64,000 nt of DNA, from sequence record MG592671.1, one strand, 5' to 3'. Below the pieces are notes generated by a model. That model ran no database searches. It saw only the letters and a list, made by a program, of their open reading frames with translations, and had not been told where the DNA came from. Within the stretch, counting starts at the first letter, position 1, and each line of letters opens with the position of its first letter. The position numbers and the translations under genes are program-made. This document shows positions 36,996 to 44,537 of this stretch, in pieces.

Positions 36996-37297
36996 AAATT
37001 CAAACTGAGGACGATATTGCTCGTGTTGCTTGCACTGATAGCCAAGTTGTTTGCGACTTTGGGATAGCGGTGTTCGGCAAAAAGCATACTTGGTACTTCT
37101 ATAAGAAAATACAATGTCTTCTTCGTGGAGAATATCATAAGTATAAACTTATGGAGAAGAAAGGTTATCGTGTTCGTGCACGCCGTCACTATCGTATGAT
37201 AAAGATTAGACCACAATGGGAATCGGCTGCTTCAAGCGAAGCTATCTACTGTCTTAAAAAAGTTAAGCCTAACCAACGTAGACGAGGTATTGGATAA
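36992..37297 (+). CDS. array member 2, KPNQRRRGIG tail
   Basis: IQCLLRGEY core; tail. Confidence 0.8.
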   Translation: MKIQTEDDIARVACTDSQVVCDFGIAVFGKKHTWYFYKKIQCLLRGEYHKYKLMEKKGYRVRARRHYRMIKIRPQWESAASSEAIYCLKKVKPNQRRRGIG

Positions 37298-37617
37298 TGA
37301 GGGATAAGTTTAACAACTTCACACACTCACAAGAAGAACGTCTAGTTAACGCTATAAAAATAATATTTGAAGCTAATCTAAACAAACAAAATGCTCGCGT
37401 ATTATCGTATCTTATTCGAGGTGATTACATTGCTTTGAATAAACTAGCATGGCAAACTTTACGAAAAAGTCACAAGATTAGAATAACTAAAGAAGAATCT
37501 GAATTTTTTTCTTGGGATAAGTCAAGTTTTTCTTGGTCGACAGATTTAACAAAGAAAAAATGTCTATCTGTTATCCGAGCAAGAAAACCAAATCAAAGAC
37601 GTCGAGGTATTGGATGA
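37297..37617 (+). CDS. array member 3, KPNQRRRGIG tail
   Basis: SYLIRGDY core; TAATG coupling. Confidence 0.8.
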   Translation: MRDKFNNFTHSQEERLVNAIKIIFEANLNKQNARVLSYLIRGDYIALNKLAWQTLRKSHKIRITKEESEFFSWDKSSFSWSTDLTKKKCLSVIRARKPNQRRRGIG

Positions 37618-37769
37618 GTTATAGAGTAGTATCATCCTCAGGTAAGTGGTACACTGTGGAAACTGAGGTTCAAAAACTTGCTTTCTGGCTAGGTATGATC
37701 CAAGGTGACATGATGGCGTCAACGGCATTTGAAAAGATCCAAGATACATTAGAAGGTAAAAACTTATGA
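37614..37769 (+). CDS. array member 4, short tail-less (51 aa)
   Basis: ATGA coupling; ends IQDTLEGKNL. Confidence 0.6.
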   Translation: MSYRVVSSSGKWYTVETEVQKLAFWLGMIQGDMMASTAFEKIQDTLEGKNL

Positions 37770-37939
37770 TCGTTCAAGATCACCGTTTACTGTGGCGAGA
37801 AACTCGTTGGAACTTAGGTATTTTGGATAACCCTTATAATAGTGACGAATCTAAAATGCGAGCATTCAAACAAATACAGAATGTTCTTGAAGGTGTTATC
37901 GTTTCATTTGAAACAGATGAGCTTATTAAGTGGAGTTGA
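37766..37939 (+). CDS. array member 5, short tail-less (57 aa, not in track)
   Basis: MIVQDHRLLW...KQIQNVLEGVIVSF; ATGA coupling. Confidence 0.6.
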   Translation: MIVQDHRLLWRETRWNLGILDNPYNSDESKMRAFKQIQNVLEGVIVSFETDELIKWS

Positions 37940-37942
37940 GTT

Positions 37943-38191
37943 ATGAGAGAGGAACAAATTATTGATGAGCTTAATTATCTTGTACCTAAAATAGATGGTA
38001 GCTCAGACTGGCCATCTAGAAATGGCAACTTAGGTGAATACCAATTAGTACAAGCCATCCTTGAAGGGAACTGGGGTAAGTTCTGGAGCATCGATGCTCG
38101 TGATCAAAGAGCTTGTTGTAATTACAATAGTACCTTGTTCCAAAAAGAACGCCGTGCAGACAAGAAGGCTCGTTTAAATGACCGCAAATGA
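37943..38191 (+). CDS. array member 6
   Basis: VQAILEGNW core. Confidence 0.7.
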   Translation: MREEQIIDELNYLVPKIDGSSDWPSRNGNLGEYQLVQAILEGNWGKFWSIDARDQRACCNYNSTLFQKERRADKKARLNDRK

Positions 38192-38522
38192 ATACTTTGA
38201 TCATTACTTTGCAGATGAATTAGCTAGATCTATATGGTTCATGGGGATGGCGCACGTTGGTAAACTCCGATTCGATTTCTTCTTAGGAGTACAATACGTT
38301 CTAAGTGGAGAGATGGTTAAGTTCAGAAAACATCATCACAGAATAAAACTCAAAAGTAAACGCTTTAATTCTCGTATAGTACGTGAGTCTAAACGTAAGA
38401 AGGCTGTGTATAAAAGTGGCCTACCTAAAGGCCAACGTCATTACAATACTATTAGCGAGCGCAAGTTCAAAGCCAATGAAAAACGTATACGCCTAAGTAA
38501 GCGTCGACGAGGTATAGGATGA
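38178..38522 (+). CDS. array member 7, KRRRGIG tail
   Basis: VQYVLSGEM core. Confidence 0.8.
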   Translation: MTANEYFDHYFADELARSIWFMGMAHVGKLRFDFFLGVQYVLSGEMVKFRKHHHRIKLKSKRFNSRIVRESKRKKAVYKSGLPKGQRHYNTISERKFKANEKRIRLSKRRRGIG

Positions 38523-38788
38523 AAGGAATACAATATGTAGCGCATGATATTCCTGAGTTGATATTTTGCTTAGAAGAAAATATAACTTATAAGTCCAGAA
38601 GAGAAGTATATAACATTATCCAATATCTTTTGTGTGGTAATGAATTTGCTTTGCGAAAGCGAGACAGAAAACTTCGACGTAAGGTGTGCAATCGTACTAG
38701 AAGAATGATGGCTATATTCACTACTGCTCCTGCTAAGAAGTATTCTAATAATACTAAACCAAATCAAAGACGCAGAGGTATAGGATGA
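38519..38788 (+). CDS. array member 8, KPNQRRRGIG tail
   Basis: IQYLLCGNE core. Confidence 0.8.
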   Translation: MKGIQYVAHDIPELIFCLEENITYKSRREVYNIIQYLLCGNEFALRKRDRKLRRKVCNRTRRMMAIFTTAPAKKYSNNTKPNQRRRGIG

Positions 38789-38937
38789 CATTATCAGGAC
38801 TTAATATGCACTGTATTCTCCTTAAGCAAAACGCAAAGTACCGCCATAATGCCAACAAATTATTCAATACTATCCAGCGTGTGTTGGAAGGATACGTTAT
38901 AGTGCAAGAAGATACCGCACAATGGGGTCGACTATGA
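38785..38937 (+). CDS. array member 9, short tail-less (50 aa, not in track)
   Basis: MTLSGLNMHC...IQRVLEGYVIVQ; ATGA coupled at both ends. Confidence 0.6.
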   Translation: MTLSGLNMHCILLKQNAKYRHNANKLFNTIQRVLEGYVIVQEDTAQWGRL

Positions 38938-39272
38938 CACTGCCAAAGTACCGCTATGGATTCAGTGCCTTCTTAGATTCTAAAGGTAGAGAAGAGTACA
39001 TTCAGAATACCTTGATACACTACAGTAATATGCTCGATAATAGATATATAACTACAAGTGTTAAAAAAGATACGTACAGAAAAGTACAACAGGTTATTAG
39101 TGGTGATTGGCGTAAACTTCTTAAAGAAGATTTACAAGGTCAACGAACGACGTTGTTTCATGAAGTTCAATGTGTCACTACTAGAGATGAATTATCATAC
39201 GCCTTTCAAAAGATGCTTCGTAAGAAGTTGTATAATGTCAAGCCTAACCAACGTAGACGAGGTATTGGATAA
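38934..39272 (+). CDS. array member 10, KPNQRRRGIG tail
   Basis: VQQVISGDW core; ATG 38934. Confidence 0.8.
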   Translation: MTLPKYRYGFSAFLDSKGREEYIQNTLIHYSNMLDNRYITTSVKKDTYRKVQQVISGDWRKLLKEDLQGQRTTLFHEVQCVTTRDELSYAFQKMLRKKLYNVKPNQRRRGIG

Positions 39273-39607
39273 TGTGGACATTTATAAAAACCTTAGAGAT
39301 ACTCGATCCAACTGATACTCATTACGAAGAGCGTATCCAACATCTTTGTAATAATCTGCATCGTTATTTTATTAATCGCTTTATGGCTAGAAAAGGCCAA
39401 GCTGAATACTATGGAATGCAACAGGCTATTCTTAGTGGAGATTTTCTTTACATTAAGAAGTATTGTCACCGCTATACCAAGCACAACAAAGGCCCTAACA
39501 GTTGGACTGTTTTCCCAATCGATCCACCTTTTAAAGGCTTTCATGTCCCAACAGCACGAAAACTTCGTGCACGTAAGCCAAATCAAAGACGCAGAGGTAT
39601 AGGATGA
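39272..39607 (+). CDS. array member 11, KPNQRRRGIG tail
   Basis: QQAILSGDF core. Confidence 0.8.
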   Translation: MWTFIKTLEILDPTDTHYEERIQHLCNNLHRYFINRFMARKGQAEYYGMQQAILSGDFLYIKKYCHRYTKHNKGPNSWTVFPIDPPFKGFHVPTARKLRARKPNQRRRGIG

Positions 39608-39918
39608 GTATTAGTCGGGGATTTTACAGCCGCTTAGAAGATGAAGATGGCATTTCTGAATACTTGTCTAGGATGACTCGAAACTATGAAGGTTTACAGA
39701 CAAATCATCAACAAGTTATATTCAATATAGTCCAGTGTATTTTATCTGGTAATCAAAAGCATCTTGACTATAAATCGCGTATGGCATCAAAAGCATCACA
39801 TAAGTGGTTCAATACATCTCACGCACCTAGGCATTCCACATTTTACTCGCAACGAAGAGCTAAACGTTTAGCTCTAAGGTTAATTAAGCCTAACCAACGT
39901 AGACGAGGTATTGGATAA
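39604..39918 (+). CDS. array member 12, KPNQRRRGIG tail
   Basis: VQCILSGNQ core. Confidence 0.8.
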   Translation: MSISRGFYSRLEDEDGISEYLSRMTRNYEGLQTNHQQVIFNIVQCILSGNQKHLDYKSRMASKASHKWFNTSHAPRHSTFYSQRRAKRLALRLIKPNQRRRGIG

Positions 39919-40226
39919 TGAGAGATAAAGTTAACTATTCAGAAGAAGTAGTAGTCCTTATAAGTATGATGCATGCGATGCCGATGGCAAAGAGCCCTAA
40001 ACTTCGTAGACGACTACTTAGAGGGATAACTAACATCCTTGCAGGTAATATCGAACGTGAAAGACTTAATACTAAAAAGAAAGGCATAACTAGAAAGAAG
40101 CACCGTGCTCGAGCTAGAAAACAACGAGTATTAATGCTTGATCGTTTAGCGATCCGTTGCGTCAGTAGAAGTTATATGTGGATGTTTGAGAAAAGACACA
40201 AAGTAAAACGTAGAGGTATAGGATGA
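39918..40226 (+). CDS. array member 13, HKVKRRGIG tail
   Basis: TNILAGNI core. Confidence 0.8.
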   Translation: MRDKVNYSEEVVVLISMMHAMPMAKSPKLRRRLLRGITNILAGNIERERLNTKKKGITRKKHRARARKQRVLMLDRLAIRCVSRSYMWMFEKRHKVKRRGIG

Positions 40227-40594
40227 GAACTATAGAGTGGTCAGCTCCGTCTGAAGACCAAATATACGAGTTTGCTATAGGTTGGAGTAAAGGGTTAGTT
40301 ATTCGAGATTGCACGTCTCGACTATCTCGAAAGATGCAGAAAACGTTATATAACTATAACCAAATGCTCCTTCAGGGAAACTTTGTTAGATTGGATAAAA
40401 CGTACAAGCGCTCTGAAAAACGATTACGCATAAGTCGCAAACGTGCGATGCGTAGATTGTCATTTCTCCCTGAAAAAAAGACGCTAAGGAACAAAAATAA
40501 CAAAGTTTTTTATGATACTAAACTACAAAAGCGCCGAGGATCAAATGCAAGAAGATCACATAGTAAATTTGTTAAGATCGTTTCTGTTCGATGA
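40223..40594 (+). CDS. array member 14, tail KRRG reads through the junction
   Basis: NQMLLQGNF core; KLQKRRGS then ~20 extra residues overlapping the next gene. Confidence 0.75.
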   Translation: MRTIEWSAPSEDQIYEFAIGWSKGLVIRDCTSRLSRKMQKTLYNYNQMLLQGNFVRLDKTYKRSEKRLRISRKRAMRRLSFLPEKKTLRNKNNKVFYDTKLQKRRGSNARRSHSKFVKIVSVR

Positions 40595-40832
40595 TCCAGC
40601 TGAGGATAGAAACGATCGCTTATATGACATTAGAGCATTTGGATGGGTTCTTCGAGGACAATCATATCGCTGGGGAAAGAAACGTGCTAAGTGTACCCGC
40701 ACAAGTAACAAATCTAGTATTATCATGGATCATAGATATTCTAAATTCGTTCCTCCACTTAAACAACTGCGAGACGAAGCACGAGAAAGAGTTAACAAAC
40801 GCCATAAGATTCGTCGTAGAGGAATAGGATAA
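40545..40832 (+). CDS. array member 15, HKIRRRGIG tail
   Basis: GWVLRGQS core; ATG 40545 after GAGGA. Confidence 0.75.
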   Translation: MQEDHIVNLLRSFLFDDPAEDRNDRLYDIRAFGWVLRGQSYRWGKKRAKCTRTSNKSSIIMDHRYSKFVPPLKQLRDEARERVNKRHKIRRRGIG

Positions 40833-41167
40833 TGAAATACCCTTGGTGGACAACAGCCTTAATGACAGAAGATGAACTAGCTGTCGAAATCAAGTATACA
40901 TTAATTGATATTGCGAAACTTTATGCTATAGGCGACACTCATTGTAAACAAACTATGCGTCAGAAGAAAAAGCTGTTGAGACTTCTTATGCAAGGCAATC
41001 GATACGAGTATTGGAAAGTGTGGCGTAAGACTTCCCGCTGGGAGATTTCTCGCATCCGTAAACATAATCGTATACGTAAAAAGATGCGGTTATCTGGATG
41101 GTTCCATACGTTCAAGATGAATAGACTTAAGAAGCCATATAAACAAAAGCGAAGAGGATTACCGTGA
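40832..41167 (+). CDS. array member 16, KPYKQKRRGLP tail
   Basis: RLLMQGNR core. Confidence 0.75.
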   Translation: MKYPWWTTALMTEDELAVEIKYTLIDIAKLYAIGDTHCKQTMRQKKKLLRLLMQGNRYEYWKVWRKTSRWEISRIRKHNRIRKKMRLSGWFHTFKMNRLKKPYKQKRRGLP

Positions 41168-41604
41168 GACCTAAAGTATCAATAAAGAAGAATCCGTTTG
41201 AACAGAACGAAATGGATCTTACGTACTTCATCCATATGGAACTGGAAGATATAGATCGTGGTTTCAAGTCCCAGTTATTATACTCGTACGCAGAACAGAA
41301 TACTCCTATTGGTAAACCTGTAAAGCAGCGTCGACGTAGACGTGGTAGTTCTAAAACATTCAAGTTCCTTCAAAAGCGAGCATTCAAGAATATCCAGTTG
41401 CTACTGTCAGGTGATTTTCTTAGACTTACTCAGCGCCTTAAGCCATATAAAGCGATGTACTTTGGAACAAGACGTGCGCCAGCGTATTTTAGAACTTTTC
41501 ACCGTTGGAAAGACAAACGTACTCCTGAAAATATCCAATCACTAAAGAAAGCAAAGCCTAATCAAAAACGTAGAGGTATAGGACGAGTAATCTCTGTTAT
41601 GTAA
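41164..41604 (+). CDS. array member 17, KPNQKRRGIG + 6 aa read-through; internal tail-like KPVKQRRRRRG
   Basis: IQLLLSGDF core; GTGA coupling. Confidence 0.75.
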   Translation: MRPKVSIKKNPFEQNEMDLTYFIHMELEDIDRGFKSQLLYSYAEQNTPIGKPVKQRRRRRGSSKTFKFLQKRAFKNIQLLLSGDFLRLTQRLKPYKAMYFGTRRAPAYFRTFHRWKDKRTPENIQSLKKAKPNQKRRGIGRVISVM

Positions 41605-41810
41605 AAGAATTACAATACTGTCTAGGTGAGCTTCAAGCCTGGGATAGTATTCCTGGTTGCTCACCTTTTGCAAAAAGACATTATAATATGACACAAGCAT
41701 TACTTCGTGGTGATATAGTACAGTACAAGAAGATTATCAAATATAGCGTAGGGCTTCAGCGCAATTGGCGAACTACGTATGAACAGAAAATACAACGAGG
41801 TAGATCGTAA
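41583..41810 (+). pseudogene. array member 18 with ATG>ACG start mutation (75 codons)
   Basis: open frame (T)SNLCYVKELQ...TQALLRGDI...KIQRGRS*, starts at the homologous junction where ATGA reads ACGA; TAATG-coupled to the next gene. Confidence 0.65.
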
Positions 41811-42139
41811 TGCTTAGAGAAAGATACATAACAGAATTTGTTATAGAACTAACTCATGAGATTGATCGCTTAAGTCAAGTCTTGGAGCGTCGAAAAGGTA
41901 AAACAGCCAAGATGCAAGCAGTCCCTACTAAAAAGCGCAAAATTCTTTTAAAATATCTTGAGTTGTTGGCCCGGGGAATGTACAATGAACAAAAACTAAT
42001 GACAGCTAAAGTCCGTAGATTCCAAAGCAAGAGATATAACTCTGTTAATAAGCATATGGATGTACGTAGACGGCGTGTACTGCATTCTCGAAAGAGTAAA
42101 AATCAAACTCGGTATAACAGACTAAAGAAGAAAAAGTGA
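41810..42139 (+). CDS. array member 19, very basic
   Basis: ELLARGMY core; K/R-rich C-terminus. Confidence 0.65.
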   Translation: MLRERYITEFVIELTHEIDRLSQVLERRKGKTAKMQAVPTKKRKILLKYLELLARGMYNEQKLMTAKVRRFQSKRYNSVNKHMDVRRRRVLHSRKSKNQTRYNRLKKKK

Positions 42140-42170
42140 TGCAACAGCGTATCATTACGGAGATACGAAT

Positions 42171-42407
42171 ATGACAGAGCAACAAATGCTACAGGTTATG
42201 AAACGATACGTAGATCATCATAATAGAACACATACAACTGCGTCTTCTCTTTTCGGATCATCTAAAAATAAGCATATGATTAGCCGTATATTCTATCTAT
42301 CTGAAAACTGGATGGATATAGAAATAGTTGACGGGCGCACTGCTACAGAGTCTTTTCGTATTGCGTACTCGCGCGTTCCTTCAACAGAAAGATTAAACGG
42401 ACTATAG
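42171..42407 (+). CDS. hypothetical protein
   Basis: 78 aa ORF, GGAG RBS. Confidence 0.55.
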   Translation: MTEQQMLQVMKRYVDHHNRTHTTASSLFGSSKNKHMISRIFYLSENWMDIEIVDGRTATESFRIAYSRVPSTERLNGL

Positions 42408-42471
42408 CGTCCGCATTAAATGTTATAATTAGTTATACGCAAATAACAATTATAACAAAGGGAGACAACGG

Positions 42472-42915
42472 ATGTCAGACCATGAAAAGTTGAATTTAAA
42501 GGATTTCGAACCAGACCACGATCTAGAAACACACCTTCTTGGCGACGGTTTCGATGTGCACGGTGTTATGTTTCGACATTTCGACCTAATCCAAAGTCTG
42601 CTTTATATGAGCTCATTTTGCTATGATGCAATTAGGGGATCAAATCCTGTTAAGTCGAATTCATTGTTAATTACAGTGGACAACGGAAATGGGTGCGTGC
42701 TGTGTTCTGCAGGTAATTATAATCCACCACCAGGATCTGTGGATGAATCAAACACTGCAATTGTACACGAAGATAAAACATCATATTTTTTAACTAACGG
42801 CTTCCTTGTAGACAATTTTCAACTTGAAAAACCACAAAGAGACTATGTTACTGACGAAGGTGAAATTCTAATTACTAGAATGGATATAGAAGAAATTACT
42901 GACTTACGTTTTTAG
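42472..42915 (+). CDS. hypothetical acidic protein
   Basis: after TGTTATAAT at 42421; GGGAG RBS. Confidence 0.65.
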   Translation: MSDHEKLNLKDFEPDHDLETHLLGDGFDVHGVMFRHFDLIQSLLYMSSFCYDAIRGSNPVKSNSLLITVDNGNGCVLCSAGNYNPPPGSVDESNTAIVHEDKTSYFLTNGFLVDNFQLEKPQRDYVTDEGEILITRMDIEEITDLRF

Positions 42916-42987
42916 CACACAGCTACCCTACCGTAGTTTATATTGTAGGGTAATTTAATCTTTAAACAATGTATACAGGCTAGTAAT

Positions 42988-43167
42988 ATGAATATCAAAA
43001 CAACAATTGAGATGTTAGATGGATTCTTTGACCGCATTAAGAAAGAAGAGCGCATGGATCAATACGGGAAATATAGCGAAGACTATATCAGCTCCCATAC
43101 CACTATAGCTTGGCATAACTTAGCGCAATATCTGTCAGGAGACACTCAAGGCGGGTGTGGTGATTGA
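42988..43167 (+). CDS. small protein, LxxYLSGxT family (59 aa, not in track)
   Basis: MNIKTTIEMLDG...NLAQYLSGDTQGGCGD*. Confidence 0.55.
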   Translation: MNIKTTIEMLDGFFDRIKKEERMDQYGKYSEDYISSHTTIAWHNLAQYLSGDTQGGCGD

Positions 43168-43405
43168 ACTATGGTATAAATTTAAATTTAAGTTTGTTGT
43201 GTCTGAAAAGAGAATGGGGACTTTAGAGCGCATACGCCATCTTGAGGGAAAGATTCAACATGAGATTGCAATAGACGAGTTTATGTGGTTTATGCCACCC
43301 GGCGAGGAATCACATTGCACACGAGAAGCTCGTGATAGGTTAATAGAATATCTCAACGGGCAGACAGGAGGTCATCATGGCGAATATGGTATCAATAATG
43401 AGTAG
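43157..43405 (+). CDS. small protein, LxxYLxGxTGxHHG family
   Basis: RLIEYLNGQTGGHHG. Confidence 0.6.
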   Translation: MVIELWYKFKFKFVVSEKRMGTLERIRHLEGKIQHEIAIDEFMWFMPPGEESHCTREARDRLIEYLNGQTGGHHGEYGINNE

Positions 43406-43598
43406 TGAGAATCGTTTCTATTGGGCACTTCGCACAGCATTACAGGATGTTAAACATTATGAGGATGTGCTGTTAAGTGGACTAATAACACGACACACAA
43501 TTGCATTAATTGAAGCTGAAGCAGACTTGAATGAACTGCTGTACTTGTCTGAAGAAGAATATAACAGACGATTTCCCACTAACAGGACATCACTATGA
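43377..43598 (+). CDS. hypothetical protein
   Basis: AGGAGG RBS embedded in upstream gene tail. Confidence 0.6.
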   Translation: MANMVSIMSSENRFYWALRTALQDVKHYEDVLLSGLITRHTIALIEAEADLNELLYLSEEEYNRRFPTNRTSL

Positions 43599-43740
43599 TG
43601 TTTAAAACTAGGCTATAACAACTCACAGCTTGAGACTAGTTAGTGGCTATCTGTATGTGTCTTTGACAAGAACGTTACTGATAATGTTCTTTATGTCAAA
43701 ACTATGCAAAATATTAATGATGTTTTAAATAACTACGGCA

Positions 43741-44007
43741 ATGACTATGACACTGATATCTGATACATTAATGAGTACGCCATTAATGCTATGTATATTA
43801 ATGGATAAAATAATAGAACATGAGTATATGGACGAATTGTTTAGGGATATGCCCTCAGGCACTTATAGTTACACGCCATCAAAAGCAACAAAAATTTCAT
43901 ATTGGGAACTTATAGATTACTTGTCAGGAGAAACAGGAGACCATCATGGCGAAGAAAAAGAAGGTGAAAGTGGTAGTGGATTTATCTGCGGACAAATCCA
44001 AACCTAA
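43741..44007 (+). CDS. small protein, LxxYLxGxTGxHHG family
   Basis: ELIDYLSGETGDHHG. Confidence 0.6.
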   Translation: MTMTLISDTLMSTPLMLCILMDKIIEHEYMDELFRDMPSGTYSYTPSKATKISYWELIDYLSGETGDHHGEEKEGESGSGFICGQIQT

Positions 44008-44152
44008 CACGCAAAACTTTGTTCATAAACACTCCATGGAGTTTAATAGAGCAGTAACAATGGTTGATCGTAAAGCCAAGGCTAAAAAAGGTCAATCTCG
44101 TAAAGAAAAACACAAAAAGAATGGTCGGGGCTATGGCTCCGGCCATTTTTAA
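43946..44152 (+). CDS. small very basic protein
   Basis: N.VHKH..EFNRA....DRK.K.KKG..RKEKHK; AGGAG RBS. Confidence 0.65.
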   Translation: MAKKKKVKVVVDLSADKSKPNTQNFVHKHSMEFNRAVTMVDRKAKAKKGQSRKEKHKKNGRGYGSGHF

Positions 44153-44192
44153 TGACTATTAATTCCTTTAAGCTTAAACTTGGACAACTAAT

Positions 44193-44537
44193 ATGGATGA
44201 ATTAGAGATATATTTTGTTAACGATGAATTTAAATGTATATATGGACCGACATGTCGTTTTCCTAAAAAGTCATGGGAAAAGATACAGTTTAATGATACA
44301 TTCTATTACATAGCTCCCAGCTATTCATATGAAGCTGCTATAGAACAATTGCAATGGCGTGCCTTAGATTATAAGAATGGCGCGAACCAAACTGAGGAGT
44401 TCAAACAGATGATCATTCATGCAACGAATGCTATTATCGATATGGATCGCGGTGATGGTTTTACTCTTATGCTAATGGAGTTTGGTGATTGGTGTGAAGC
44501 TTTATCCAACTATTCTATCCCTGAAGAGTACAAGTAA
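44193..44537 (+). CDS. hypothetical protein
   Basis: 114 aa ORF. Confidence 0.6.
   Translation: MDELEIYFVNDEFKCIYGPTCRFPKKSWEKIQFNDTFYYIAPSYSYEAAIEQLQWRALDYKNGANQTEEFKQMIIHATNAIIDMDRGDGFTLMLMEFGDWCEALSNYSIPEEYK

Noticed and set aside
37265-39920. 35-nt direct repeats as a CRISPR array
   Set aside because: Spacers are 300-2000 nt and protein-coding, repeat variants are synonymous codon changes, there is no palindromic repeat, and no cas genes are present.
37262-41582. Integron cassette array (GTTAAGC at 37262 fits GTTRRRY)
   Set aside because: Other copies lack GTTRRRY, there are no inverse core sites or attC hairpins, and no integrase is in the window.
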